Source: Vicinamibacteria bacterium
GTDB lineage: Bacteria; Acidobacteriota; Vicinamibacteria; Marinacidobacterales; Marinacidobacteraceae
NCBI GenBank assembly: GCA_965199715.1
Contig: OZ241322.1
Span: 32,001-96,000 of the forward strand
Direction: 5' to 3'
DNA length: 64,000 nucleotides
The number at the start of each line of letters is the position of its first letter. Position 1 is the stretch's first letter. A model generated the notes under the pieces. It did not search any database. It was not told the DNA's origin and saw nothing but the letters and a program-made list of their open reading frames with translations. Shown in pieces: positions 30,066 through 39,679 of the stretch. The position numbers and the translations under genes are program-made.

Positions 30066-30992
30066 ATGCCCGGACGACGGTTGGAAGGGAAGCGGATCGC
30101 GGCCGCGATCCGGGCCGAGGTCGCGGACGACGCGGCGGACCTGGCCCGAAGCGGGCGCCCGCCCGGGCTCGCGGTGGTTCTCGTCGGCGACGATCCGGCG
30201 TCCGCGATCTACGTGCGGGGCAAGGCGCGGGCCTCGAGCGAGGCCGGGTTCGAGTCGGTGACCCACGGCATGCCCGCGGACACGACCGCGGCGCAGCTCG
30301 GCGAGCGCCTCGACGCCCTGAACGACGACCCTCGCGTGGACGGGATCCTGCTCCAGTTGCCGCTCCCCGCCGGCCTCGCCGCCGCGAGCTTTCTCGCCCG
30401 CATCCGCCCGGACAAGGACGTGGACGGATTCCATCCGGTGAACGTCGGCAACCTCGTCGCGAACCGCCCGGGGCCGCGCCCCTGCACGCCGGCGGGAATC
30501 CTCGAGATGTTCCGCCGCGAGGGAATCGATCCCAAGGGGAAGCGCGCCGTCGTCGTGGGGCGCAGCGACATCGTGGGCAAGCCGCTCGCGCTGCTGCTCC
30601 TCCACGCCCACGCGACCGTCACCGTCTGCCACTCGCGCACCCGCGATCTCCCCGGCGTCTGCCGTGAGGCGGACCTGCTGCTCGTGGCCACCGGGTGGCC
30701 CGGCCTCGTCGGCGAGGACGCGATCCGCCCCGGGGCGGTCGTGGTCGACGTCGGCATGAACCGGATCGCCGACGAGAGCGTCGCCGAGGACTTCTTCCGG
30801 TCGGCGCCCAAGCGGCTCGAGCGCTTCCGCAAGAACGGCCACGCGCTCGTGGGCGACGCCCACCCGCACTTCATGAAGGAGCTGTCCTCCGCCTACACGC
30901 CGGTGCCCGGCGGCGTCGGGCCGCTCACGATCGCGATGCTGCTGCGGAACACCGTCGATCTCGCCCGCGCCCGGCGCGAGGCGGGAGGCTGA
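30066..30992 (+). CDS. folD: Bifunctional methylenetetrahydrofolate dehydrogenase/cyclohydrolase
   Basis: LVGDDPAS-IYV, GILLQLPLP, KDVDGFH, PCTP, GRSDIVGKP, TPVPGGVGP. Confidence 0.96.
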   Translation: MPGRRLEGKRIAAAIRAEVADDAADLARSGRPPGLAVVLVGDDPASAIYVRGKARASSEAGFESVTHGMPADTTAAQLGERLDALNDDPRVDGILLQLPLPAGLAAASFLARIRPDKDVDGFHPVNVGNLVANRPGPRPCTPAGILEMFRREGIDPKGKRAVVVGRSDIVGKPLALLLLHAHATVTVCHSRTRDLPGVCREADLLLVATGWPGLVGEDAIRPGAVVVDVGMNRIADESVAEDFFRSAPKRLERFRKNGHALVGDAHPHFMKELSSAYTPVPGGVGPLTIAMLLRNTVDLARARREAGG

Positions 30993-31000
30993 CCGGACGC

Positions 31001-31612
31001 TTGCTCCGGATCGGGCTCACCGGCGGGATCGCCTCGGGGAAGACCACCGTCCGGAAGGTCTTCGAACAAGCCGGAATCCCGATGCTGGACGCCGACCGGC
31101 TGACCCACGAGCTGCTCGCTCCCGGCGGCGGCCTCGTCGAGGCGGTGGCGGCGGCGTTCGGCGACGCGCGCGCTCCGGACGGCGGCGTCGATCGGGCGAA
31201 GCTCGGGGCCGTCGTGTTCGCGGATCCCGAGGCCCGCAAGCGGCTGGAGCGGATCGCGCACCCCGAAATCCGCCGCCGGATCCGCGCCTTCCTCGACGCC
31301 CGCGAAGCCGAGGGCGCCCGGGCGGCGGGAGCCGAAGCCGCCCTCATGGTGGAGAGCGGGAGCACGTCCATGTACGACCGGGTCGTCGTGGCGCACTGCG
31401 CGCCCGAGCAGCAAGTCGAGCGCCTCCTAGCCCGCTCCGCCCTGACCCCCGGCGAGGCGCGCGCCCGGATCGAGGCGCAGATGCCCGTCGCCGCGAAGGT
31501 CGCGGCGGCCGACGACCTCGTCGATACCTCGGGTTCCCTCGACGAGGCGCGGGAGGCGGCCCGGCGGCTCGCCCGCGAGCTGCTCCGCCTCAGCCCGAGC
31601 GGAGGAAGCTGA
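31001..31612 (+). CDS. coaE: Dephospho-CoA kinase
   Basis: IGLTGGIASGK, DAD, DRAKLG..VF, HP, RIEAQM. Confidence 0.93.
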   Translation: MLRIGLTGGIASGKTTVRKVFEQAGIPMLDADRLTHELLAPGGGLVEAVAAAFGDARAPDGGVDRAKLGAVVFADPEARKRLERIAHPEIRRRIRAFLDAREAEGARAAGAEAALMVESGSTSMYDRVVVAHCAPEQQVERLLARSALTPGEARARIEAQMPVAAKVAAADDLVDTSGSLDEAREAARRLARELLRLSPSGGS

Positions 31613-32126
31613 GGAGGGTCTCCTCCAGCTCGCCGCGCGCGTCCAGAATCCGCTCCGCCACGTCGCGCACCGCGCCGCGGCCTCCGGGCGCTCCGGCGAC
31701 GTAGTGGACCCGGCGGCGCACCTCCGGATGGGCGTCCAGCGGGCATGCGGCGAAGCCGGCCAGCGCCAGCGCCGGGAGATCCTGCACGTCGTCCCCCACG
31801 AAGGCGATCTCCTCGGGTTCGAGGCCGAACTCGGATGCGGCCTCGCGCAGCGCCTTCCCCTTGGTCCAGCAGTTCTCGCGATAGAAGTCGAGGCCGACCT
31901 CGCGGGCGCGGTCGCGCACGATCCCCGACGCCCTGCCGGTCACGAATCCGAGCCGCAGCCCCCGCCGCTTGAGGAGCAGCAGCCCGAGGCCGTCCCGCGC
32001 GTGGAAGCGCTTCCGCTCCGCCTCGCCCGGCTCGAACGAGCCGTCGGTTAGCACGCCGTCCACGTCCAGCAGCAGCGCGCGGACGCGGCCGGTGCGCCGC
32101 GCCAGCTCGGGCGTCCAGTCAGTCAA
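31590..32126 (-). CDS. kdsC: KDO-8-phosphate phosphatase (HAD family)
   Basis: DVDGVLTDG, F..RDG, TGR, GDDVQD, GGRGAVR. Confidence 0.88.
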   Translation of the reverse strand: MTDWTPELARRTGRVRALLLDVDGVLTDGSFEPGEAERKRFHARDGLGLLLLKRRGLRLGFVTGRASGIVRDRAREVGLDFYRENCWTKGKALREAASEFGLEPEEIAFVGDDVQDLPALALAGFAACPLDAHPEVRRRVHYVAGAPGGRGAVRDVAERILDARGELEETLLSFLRSG

Positions 32127-32127
32127 C

Positions 32128-33753
32128 TCAGGCGCGCGATTCCCGGCGCCGGAGCGCCGCCCCCACGAACTCCCGGAAGAGCGGGTGCGGCCTCAGCGGG
32201 TTGGACAGGAACTCGGGGTGGAACTGGACGCCCACGAACCACGGGTGCTCGGGGATCTCGGCGATCTCGTAATACCCGTCCTCGGTCGTGCCGGTGAAGC
32301 GCATGCCGCGGGCTCCCAGCGCCGGCTCGAATTCGGGCACGAACTCGTACCGGTGCCGGTGCCGTTCGCGGATCTCCTCCCGCCCGTACGTGCGGGCCGC
32401 GAGCGACCCGGGCGTCAGGAAGACCGTCTGGGCCCCGACGCGCATCGTGCCGCCCATCTCGGTGACCCCGTGGAGCTTCCGAAGACGCGCGAACAGGATC
32501 TCGTCCGACTCGGGATCCAGCTCCTCGGTGGAGGCGCCGGCGAGGCCGCACTCGCTGCGGGCGAACTCCAGCACCGCGAGCTGCATCCCGTAGCAGATGC
32601 CGAGGTAGGGGGTTCCCGTCGTCCGGGCGCGCCCGGCGGCGGCCTCCATGCCCGCGGCGCCGCGCCGCCCGAAGCCGCCCGGAACGAGAATTCCGTCCGC
32701 TTCCTTCAGCTCCCGGAAGTCTTCGAGGTCGAGGTTCTCCGCCTCGATCCACTGGATCCGGACCACGGCGTCGTGGGAGACCCCGCCGTGCGCAAGCGCC
32801 TCGCCGAGGCTCTTGTACGCGTCTTGGTGGTCCACGTACTTGCCGACGATCGCGATATCGACCTCGCCCTTCCCGCGATGCATGCTGCGCGCCGCCCGGT
32901 TCCAGCGGGCGAGGTCGCGCTTGCGCGGACGCAGCTTGAAATGCCGGAGGATCCGCGCGTCCACCCCCTCGGAGGCGAGGTTCACCGGCACGTCGTAGAT
33001 GGACGCGGCGTCCACGGCGCTGAACACGGCCGCCGGATCGACCGAGGTGTGGAGCCCGATCTTGGTCTTGACCTCCGCCGGGAGCGCGTGCTCGGCCCGG
33101 CACAGGAGCACGTCGGGCTGGATGCCGATGGCCCGCAGCTCGCGCACGCTGTGCTGCGTCGGCTTCGTCTTGTACTCCCCGGCGGTCCGCACGAGGGGAA
33201 CGAGGGTCAGGTGGAGGAAGCAGGTCCTCGTGGCGCCCACGTCGAGCCGGTACTGGCGCACCGCCTCGAGGAACGGCTGGCTCTCGATGTCCCCGACCGT
33301 GCCGCCGATCTCCACGATCACCACGTCCGGGCCGGTCGCGGCGATGCGGGTGATGCGCCGCTTGATCTCGTCGGTGACGTGCGGGATGACCTGGACGGTC
33401 GCCCCGAGGTAGCCGCCCCGGCGCTCCCGCGCGAGGACCGTCTCGTAGATCTGGCCGCTCGTGGCGTTCGAGTGCGCGGTGCACGAGACCTCGGTGAACC
33501 GCTCGTAGTGGCCCACGTCGAGGTCGGTCTCGGCGCCGTCCTCGGTCACGAAGACCTCGCCGTGCTGGTACGGGCTCATCGTGCCCGGATCCACGTTCAG
33601 ATACGGATCGCACTTGAGGAACGCGACCGAATAGCCCTGCGACTGGAGCAGCCGCCCGATGGACGCGGACGCGAGCCCCTTCCCGAGGGAGGAGATGACG
33701 CCGCCGGTGACGAAGAGAAAGCGCGTGTGGTCCGGGACTGCGGCGGAACCCAT
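32128..33753 (-). CDS. pyrG: CTP synthase
   Basis: VTGGVISSLGKG, DPYLNVDPGTMSP, KTKPTQHSV, GICYGMQ, RHRHRYE, QFHPE. Confidence 0.97.
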   Translation of the reverse strand: MGSAAVPDHTRFLFVTGGVISSLGKGLASASIGRLLQSQGYSVAFLKCDPYLNVDPGTMSPYQHGEVFVTEDGAETDLDVGHYERFTEVSCTAHSNATSGQIYETVLARERRGGYLGATVQVIPHVTDEIKRRITRIAATGPDVVIVEIGGTVGDIESQPFLEAVRQYRLDVGATRTCFLHLTLVPLVRTAGEYKTKPTQHSVRELRAIGIQPDVLLCRAEHALPAEVKTKIGLHTSVDPAAVFSAVDAASIYDVPVNLASEGVDARILRHFKLRPRKRDLARWNRAARSMHRGKGEVDIAIVGKYVDHQDAYKSLGEALAHGGVSHDAVVRIQWIEAENLDLEDFRELKEADGILVPGGFGRRGAAGMEAAAGRARTTGTPYLGICYGMQLAVLEFARSECGLAGASTEELDPESDEILFARLRKLHGVTEMGGTMRVGAQTVFLTPGSLAARTYGREEIRERHRHRYEFVPEFEPALGARGMRFTGTTEDGYYEIAEIPEHPWFVGVQFHPEFLSNPLRPHPLFREFVGAALRRRESRA

Positions 33754-33782
33754 CAGGTCCGTCGCGGCTCGCTTCGTTCCAT
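33753..33782 (-). other. Putative 9-codon upstream ORF (MERSEPRRT) whose stop overlaps the pyrG start
   Basis: Minus strand: TATAGT-TCGCGGGGC-ATG GAA CGA AGC GAG CCG CGA CGG ACC TGA-TG. Confidence 0.4.
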
Positions 33783-33806
33783 GCCCCGCGAACTATAGGG
33801 GAAACG

Positions 33807-33867
33807 AGTTTTCCACAAACGGGCGATTTCGTGGTTGGTTTTTCGATTTCGCGCGTCTTTAACAGAC
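33807..33867 (+). promoter_or_regulatory. Conserved upstream element, copy 1 (before pilT)
   Basis: AGTTTTCCACAA-N8-TTTCGTG-N7-TTTCGATT-N5-CGTCTTT-N7-ATG; gap-free match to 39619-39679. Confidence 0.7.
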
Positions 33868-34989
33868 ATGCGCAAATTTCAGATTCGCGCCGACGGCGAG
33901 CAGCATCGCCGGGCGGCCGAGCGCCTCGGCGAGCTGTTGCGGCAGCTCCGGGAGCTCGGCGGCAGCGACTTGCACCTCGGCCCGGGCGCGTCGCCGCACT
34001 TCCGCGTGGACGGCGAGCTCGGGACCGCCGGCCGGCCCCCGCTGTCCCCCGAGGACGTGGAGGCGATGGTCGTGGCCCAGCTTCCCCCGCGCCAGCGGGA
34101 GAGCCTCGCCGAAGGCGGGGAGCTGGACTACGCCTTCACCCTGGTCGGCGTCGCCCGTTTCCGCGGGACGGCGTTCTTCCGGCGCGGGCGGGTCGGCGCC
34201 GTGTACCGCATCGTGAGCCGCGATCTCGAGTCGCTCGGCGACCTCGGCCTCCCCGACCGGGTCCTCCGCCTCGCCGACCTCTCGACCGGTCTCGTGCTGG
34301 CGTCGGGCCCGGTCGGCTCGGGCAAGTCCACCACGCTGGCGGCGATCGTGGACCGGATCAACCGGACCCGGCGCGCTCACGTCGTGACGGTCGAGGACCC
34401 GGTGGAGTTCCTGCATCCGAACCAGCGGTCGCTCGTCACCCAGCGGCAGGTCGGCTCGGACACCGAGTCCTTCCACACGGCGCTGCGCTCGGTGCTGCGG
34501 GCGGATCCCGACGTGGTCGCCATCGGCGAGATCCGCGACCGGGAGACCGCCGACGCGGCGCTGCGCGTCACCGAGACCGGGCACCTCGCGCTCGCGACGC
34601 TCCACGCCCGCTCGGTCCTCCATGCGATCACCCGGATCGTGGAGCTGTTTCCGCCCGAGCAGCACCGCCAGATCCGCAACCGCCTCTCGGCGACCCTCGA
34701 GGGAGCGCTGTGCCAGCGGCTCGTGCCCCGCGCCGCCGGATCGGGGCGCGTACTCGCGGTGGAGCGGCTGCTTCCCACCCCGGCGGCGCGCAACCTGATC
34801 CGCGAGGACAAGCTGCACCAGTTGTTCGCGGTGATGCAGGCGGGGTCCGACCGGACCGCCTCGGTGCGCCTCGACGACGAGCTCGCGTCGCTCGTCGAGC
34901 GCGGCGCGATCGGAGAGCCCGACGCGCTGCGGGTCGCGAGCGATCCGAAGGCCCTGCGGGCGCGGTTCGCCGGGAACGCGGCGCGATGA
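33868..34989 (+). CDS. pilT: Type IV pilus retraction ATPase
   Basis: SDLHL, GPVGSGKSTT, EDPVE, DPDV..IGEIRD, TGH...TLH, AARNLIRE. Confidence 0.9.
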   Translation: MRKFQIRADGEQHRRAAERLGELLRQLRELGGSDLHLGPGASPHFRVDGELGTAGRPPLSPEDVEAMVVAQLPPRQRESLAEGGELDYAFTLVGVARFRGTAFFRRGRVGAVYRIVSRDLESLGDLGLPDRVLRLADLSTGLVLASGPVGSGKSTTLAAIVDRINRTRRAHVVTVEDPVEFLHPNQRSLVTQRQVGSDTESFHTALRSVLRADPDVVAIGEIRDRETADAALRVTETGHLALATLHARSVLHAITRIVELFPPEQHRQIRNRLSATLEGALCQRLVPRAAGSGRVLAVERLLPTPAARNLIREDKLHQLFAVMQAGSDRTASVRLDDELASLVERGAIGEPDALRVASDPKALRARFAGNAAR

Positions 34990-36071
34990 GCCGGGCGCTG
35001 CGGCGGCTGCGGGCCGTGGGCGAGGGCGCGTGGCCGCCGGTGACCCGCCGGCAGGTCGCGCTCCTGATCCGTCAACTGGCGATGATGGTGGCGGCCGGGC
35101 TTCCGCTCGTCGAGAGCCTCGAGGTCCTCCGCGCCCAGCAGGAGCACCGCCGGCTCCGCGACGCGGTCGATGCGATGGGGGCGGATGTCCGCTCCGGGCG
35201 TTCGCTGGCCCAGGCCATGGGCCGGCACCCGCGGATCTTCGGCAAGCTCTCGGTGGCCATGACCGCGATCGGCGAGGCGGGCGGACGGCTGGACCGGAGC
35301 CTCCTGCGGCTGTCAGGCGAGCTCGACGAAAGCGCCCGCATGGCGGCGCAGGTGCGCGGCGCGTTCGCCTATCCGCTGGCCGTGGGCTCCATCGGAATCC
35401 TCGTGGTGGTGGTGATCCTCTGGCGGGTGGTTCCCGTGTTCGCCGAGCTCTACGAGGGCCTCGACGCGGAACTTCCGCTCATCACCCGCATGGTCATCGC
35501 CGCATCGGAGTCGGTGGGCGCCCACGCGCTCCTCGGGGGCGCACTCCTCGCGGGCGCGGCGCTGTTCGTCCTGCGCTTCCGAAGAAGCGAGTCCGGCGGC
35601 GCCCTCGTGGACCGGCTCGTCCTGAAGACGCCGTTGTTCGGCAAGCTCGCCTTCCGGGCGGCGCTGGCCCGCTTCTGCCGCACCCTCGCCACGCTGGTGA
35701 GCGCCGGGCTCCCGGTGCTCGAGGGCATGGACATCGCCCGGCGCGCCATGGGAAACCGCCATCTCGAGGATGCGCTCGGCCGCGTCCGCGAGCGCGTCGA
35801 GACCGGGAGTTCGCTCTCGGGCCCGCTGCGGCAGGCGGGCATGTTTCCGCCCATGGCGTGCCAGCTCGTCGCCGTGGGCGAGCGCACCGGCGAACTCGAC
35901 GAGGCGCTCGCCAAGGTGGCCGACTTCTACGAGGACGAGGTCCGCCGCGCCAGCGAGGCTCTGCTCCCGCTCCTCGAACCCCTTCTCATCCTGGTCCTCG
36001 GCGTGGTCATCGGTGCGATCGTGATCGCCATGTACCTGCCGATCTGGACCCTCGTGGGGCGCCTCTCCTGA
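34986..36071 (+). CDS. pilC: Type IV pilus inner-membrane platform protein (GspF family)
   Basis: RQLAMMVAAGLPL, GEAGGRL, AYP, GERTGEL, LEP, AMYLPI. Confidence 0.92.
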   Translation: MSRALRRLRAVGEGAWPPVTRRQVALLIRQLAMMVAAGLPLVESLEVLRAQQEHRRLRDAVDAMGADVRSGRSLAQAMGRHPRIFGKLSVAMTAIGEAGGRLDRSLLRLSGELDESARMAAQVRGAFAYPLAVGSIGILVVVVILWRVVPVFAELYEGLDAELPLITRMVIAASESVGAHALLGGALLAGAALFVLRFRRSESGGALVDRLVLKTPLFGKLAFRAALARFCRTLATLVSAGLPVLEGMDIARRAMGNRHLEDALGRVRERVETGSSLSGPLRQAGMFPPMACQLVAVGERTGELDEALAKVADFYEDEVRRASEALLPLLEPLLILVLGVVIGAIVIAMYLPIWTLVGRLS

Positions 36072-36136
36072 GCCGCCCCGCCTTCTCTCCTCCCGGAGGT
36101 CCCTTCCTTATGATTCCTCGCGCTTCCCGAAGCCCC

Positions 36137-36685
36137 ATGAAACCCCCCGCCGCCGATTCCGGCTTCACGCTCATCGAGCTCCTGATCGTGATCGCGATCA
36201 TCGGCGTGATCGCCGGGATCGCGATCCCCCAGTTGCTCCGCGCCCGGCTCTCGGCCAACGAGGCGCAGGTCATCGGCGACTCGCGCGCCGTGATCGCCGC
36301 CGAGCAGACGTACGCCGCCTCCAACTGCGGATTCTTCTCCGACCTCGTCAACCTCTGCCGCGGCGGAGGCGACTGCGCCGGGGTCGGCATCCCGAACTAC
36401 CCGGACGCCGCCCCCGAGTTCGTCGGCGGCGATCTGGGGCGCACGAGCCCGTACGTCAAGTCGGGTTACAGCCGCACGCTCGCGGGGAACGGGAGCCCCA
36501 CGACCGTCCCCGACCACTGCGATCCCGACAGCCTGCTCGACTATTGCTACCACGCCGAGCCGGCGGACGTGGGCCGCACCGGCGTGCGCAGCTTCTCGGC
36601 CACGAGCGCCGGCGCGCTCTACACGGCGCCCGACGGAGTCGCGATCGCCTGTCCGGTGCCGGCCGGGACCGCCTTCCTCGAGTAG
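36137..36685 (+). CDS. pilA: Type IV major pilin candidate
   Basis: Prepilin site G|FTLIELLIVIAIIGVIAGIAIP, then ARLSANE; six Cys in the head domain; TGVRSF. Confidence 0.85.
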   Translation: MKPPAADSGFTLIELLIVIAIIGVIAGIAIPQLLRARLSANEAQVIGDSRAVIAAEQTYAASNCGFFSDLVNLCRGGGDCAGVGIPNYPDAAPEFVGGDLGRTSPYVKSGYSRTLAGNGSPTTVPDHCDPDSLLDYCYHAEPADVGRTGVRSFSATSAGALYTAPDGVAIACPVPAGTAFLE

Positions 36686-36691
36686 GCCGGC

Positions 36692-37372
36692 TTGCCGGCG
36701 ATCCGCGCCCGCTCCGTCCGCCGCTCGTTCCCCTCCGCGGGGAACGTGGTCGAGGACGTGAGCTTCGACGTGGCGGCGGGCGAGACCGTGGCGCTCGTCG
36801 GCCGCAACCAGGCGGGCAAGTCCACCCTGCTGCGCCTCCTCGCCGGGCTGCTCCGCCCGGACTCCGGGGAGGCGCTCCTCGGCGGGCTCCCGGCGACTCG
36901 TCCATCGGCGCGTCGCGGGCTCGGCTTCCTCGACGAGGGGGCCCCGCTGCCGGGAGGGCTCCGCCCGCTGGAGGCGGTCCAGCTCGCGGCGCGCCTCGGC
37001 GGCGGCGACGCGAAGGCAGCGGCGGAGCGGGTCGGCGTTCCGGTCGCCTCGCGGCGGCCGCTCTCCCGCTGCTCGCGTGGAATCCGCCAGCGCGCCGGGC
37101 TCGCCGCCGCCCTCGCCCCGGCGTCGCGCGCGCTGATCCTCGACGAGCCGTTCTCCGGACTCGATCCGGTGGCGTGGGATCTGGCGGCGCGGGCGATCCG
37201 CGACGCGGCGGACGCCGGCGCGGCGGTGCTGCTGAGCCTCCATTCGGAATCCGCGGTCACGTCGCTCGCGGACCGGGTCGCGGTGCTGCGGCGCGGGCGG
37301 CTCGTCCGCGAGGGGCCGGCCCGGGATTTCGTCGGCCCCCCCGGTTGGCTCCTCGCCGCGGTGCGCGAGTGA
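36692..37372 (+). CDS. ABC transporter ATP-binding protein (Myxococcus PilH-like by context)
   Basis: GRNQAGKST, degenerate signature CSRGIRQR, LILDEPFSGLD; directly follows the pilin. Confidence 0.8.
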   Translation: MPAIRARSVRRSFPSAGNVVEDVSFDVAAGETVALVGRNQAGKSTLLRLLAGLLRPDSGEALLGGLPATRPSARRGLGFLDEGAPLPGGLRPLEAVQLAARLGGGDAKAAAERVGVPVASRRPLSRCSRGIRQRAGLAAALAPASRALILDEPFSGLDPVAWDLAARAIRDAADAGAAVLLSLHSESAVTSLADRVAVLRRGRLVREGPARDFVGPPGWLLAAVRE

Positions 37373-38076
37373 TGGCCCGGGCCGTCCTCGCGCTCGGCCG
37401 CGCCTCGGCGGCGTCGTTCTTGCGCGACCGGGGACCGCTCGCCGCCCTTGCGGTCGTCGTCGCGTCGCTCGGCCTCGCGGTCCTCCTGACGGGAGCCACG
37501 ATCGGCTCCTCGGGCCGCCTGCTGGCGGACTTCGGCTGGTTCGCCGCCGGGGTCGGCGGCTGGGCGCTCGCGATCGGGTACGGGAGCGGCCTCGCCGACC
37601 GGGGCGGCGTGCTCGGGCCGCTCGCGCTCGCGAGCCCGGTGGGCGCCGGGACGGTCGTCCTCGGCCGCTTCCTCGGCCTCGCCGCCGGTCTCGCCGCGTT
37701 CGCCGCGCTCGCGACGGTCCTTCTCGTTCTCGCGCTCGAGAATCCCGTCGCCGCGGCGGGGTGGCTGCTCTTCCTTCGCCTCGTCGTGGTGCTGTCCCTT
37801 TCGACCTTCCTCGCGAGCGTCCTGCGGCCGGGCCCGGCGGCGCTGCTCGCGGCGCCGACGGCGCTCGCCGGCTGGCTCCCCGCCGATCCCGGCGGCTGCC
37901 TCGCGGCCGCCGGACGCATGCTCCTGCCGCGGCTTGCGCTGCTCGCGCCGCCCGGCGGCGAACCGGTCGCGCTCGCCGGACCGACGCTCCACGCCGTCGC
38001 GTATTCGGCCGGGATGCTCGCGCTCGCCGCGCTCCTGACGGGGCCGGTCCGCCGCCGGCGCGGAGACCGCGGGTGA
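37372..38076 (+). CDS. ABC-2 type permease (PilI-like by context)
   Basis: Coupled ATG; about six hydrophobic segments; LASPV...VLGRFLG loop. Confidence 0.7.
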   Translation: MARAVLALGRASAASFLRDRGPLAALAVVVASLGLAVLLTGATIGSSGRLLADFGWFAAGVGGWALAIGYGSGLADRGGVLGPLALASPVGAGTVVLGRFLGLAAGLAAFAALATVLLVLALENPVAAAGWLLFLRLVVVLSLSTFLASVLRPGPAALLAAPTALAGWLPADPGGCLAAAGRMLLPRLALLAPPGGEPVALAGPTLHAVAYSAGMLALAALLTGPVRRRRGDRG

Positions 38077-38879
38077 TTCGCGGCGCGCTCGCGCTGGCGC
38101 TCCTCGTCCTCGCCGCCGCGGCGCCCGGCGGGGGGCGCGCGCCGCCGATCCCGGACTTCGCCGCGCTCCCGCTCCCCGCCGGCGTCCGCAGCCTGCTCGC
38201 CGACCTGGCGTGGATGCGCGCCGTCCAGCACTACGGGGCGCAGCGGCTCCAAGGCCGCCTTGGATTTCCCGAGCTCGAAAGCGGAATCCTCAGCGCCGCC
38301 CGGCTCGATCCCGACTTCCGCGCGCCCGCGGTCTCGGGGGCGCTGCTGCTCGCCGAGCCGCCTCCCTTCGGGCCGGGCCGTCCCGACGCGGCGGCGGCGC
38401 TGCTGCGGGACAGGGTGGAGCGGCGTCCCGACGACGAATCAGCGGCGCTCGTGCTCGGCCTCGTCCATCTGTGGCACCTCGGCGATCCGGACGGCGCGGC
38501 GCGCGTGTTCGCCCGCGAGGCGGCTCGCCCGGACGCGCCGCCCTGGTTCGCCGCGCTGGCCGCGCGTTCGTTCACCGAAGCGGGGGTGCGCGACGCCGCC
38601 CGGTTGATCTGGAGCCGCCTCCTGAGCGAATCGGAGACCGACCGGGAGCGGGCCAACGCCCGGACCCATCTCGCCCAGCTCGACGCCCTCGACGAGCTCG
38701 ACCGGCTGACCGAGGCGATCCGCGGCCTCCCGGACGCGGACGGCTGGGAGGACATCGTAGCGGCCGGAATTCTCCCGGAGATCCCCCGCGATCCGGCCGG
38801 AGTTCCCTACCGGTTCGCCGGCGGCGCGCCCGAGATCGCCCCCGCGTCGCCGCTCGCCGGATTCCCCGGTCGCCGATGA
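38073..38879 (+). CDS. Pilus-associated helical/TPR-like protein (Myxococcus PilG-like by context)
   Basis: Hydrophobic N-terminus; LADLAWMRAVQHYG, LDPDF, C-terminal LPEIPRDPAG.PY. Confidence 0.65.
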   Translation: MIRGALALALLVLAAAAPGGGRAPPIPDFAALPLPAGVRSLLADLAWMRAVQHYGAQRLQGRLGFPELESGILSAARLDPDFRAPAVSGALLLAEPPPFGPGRPDAAAALLRDRVERRPDDESAALVLGLVHLWHLGDPDGAARVFAREAARPDAPPWFAALAARSFTEAGVRDAARLIWSRLLSESETDRERANARTHLAQLDALDELDRLTEAIRGLPDADGWEDIVAAGILPEIPRDPAGVPYRFAGGAPEIAPASPLAGFPGRR

Positions 38880-39613
38880 CGATCCTCGGCGCGGCGCTCG
38901 CCGGGGCGACGCTCGGCAGCTTCCTGAACGTGATCGCGACCCGGCTCCCCGCGGGCGAGTCGGTCGCGCGCCCCCGCTCCCATTGCCGCGACTGCGGGCG
39001 ACCGCTGCGCCTCGCGGACCTCATGCCGGTTCTCTCGTTCGCGCTGCTGCGCGGAGCCTGCCGCGACTGCGGAGCCCGAATCCCGCTCCGGTACCCGCTC
39101 GTCGAGGCGTTCGGCGCGGCGCTCGTCGTCTGGGCGGCCGCGGGCGGCTGGTCCGACCCGCTTCACGTCCTTCTGCGGATTGCGTTCCTCAGCCTGCTGC
39201 TCACGCTGCTCGTGACCGATCTCGAGCGCATGATCCTTCCCGACCGGCTCACGCTGGGCGGGCTCGCCGCCGGGCTCGCGTTCGCCGCGCTGGGACTCCC
39301 GCCGGGACCCCTCGAAGCCGCGCTCGGAGCGGTCGTCGGCGTCGGGCTTCCGTGCGCGCTGCGGTTCCTCTACCTCCGCTGGCGCGGGGTCGAGGCGCTC
39401 GGTCTCGGCGACGTGAAGATGCTGGGGATGGTCGGCGCGTTCCTCGGACCGGCCGGGGTGTTCCAGACGCTCGGGCTGGGGTCGGCGCTCGCGCTTCTCG
39501 CGACCCTTCCGCTCCTGCTTCTGGGAAGGATTTCCCGCACGACGCGCATCCCTTTCGGCGCGTTTCTGGCGCTCGCCGCCGCCGCCGCATTCGTGCTCCG
39601 GGAACGCGCCTGA
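38876..39613 (+). CDS. pilD: Prepilin peptidase/N-methyltransferase
   Basis: GSFLNV, SHCRDC, GACRDC, RYPLVE, TDLERMILPD, GLGDVKM, PFGAFL. Confidence 0.95.
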   Translation: MTILGAALAGATLGSFLNVIATRLPAGESVARPRSHCRDCGRPLRLADLMPVLSFALLRGACRDCGARIPLRYPLVEAFGAALVVWAAAGGWSDPLHVLLRIAFLSLLLTLLVTDLERMILPDRLTLGGLAAGLAFAALGLPPGPLEAALGAVVGVGLPCALRFLYLRWRGVEALGLGDVKMLGMVGAFLGPAGVFQTLGLGSALALLATLPLLLLGRISRTTRIPFGAFLALAAAAAFVLRERA

Positions 39614-39618
39614 AAAAA

Positions 39619-39679
39619 AGTTTTCCCCAATTGCCCCGTTTCGTGCACGCAATTCCGATTCGTTACGTGTATTCCTTGC
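39619..39679 (+). promoter_or_regulatory. Conserved upstream element, copy 2 (before the minor-pilin operon)
   Basis: AGTTTTCCCCAA-N8-TTTCGTG-N7-TTCCGATT-N5-CGTGTAT-N7-ATG; AT-rich intergenic region. Confidence 0.7.

Noticed and set aside
31590-33753. pyrG-kdsC without kdsA/kdsB
   Set aside because: Ordinary gene-order variation; the rest of the genome cannot be assessed from this window.
33809-33817. TTTTCCACA matches the DnaA-box consensus
   Set aside because: A single box with no cluster or DUE; the second copy (39621) deviates. Better explained as part of the shared pilus leader element, though DnaA binding is not excluded.
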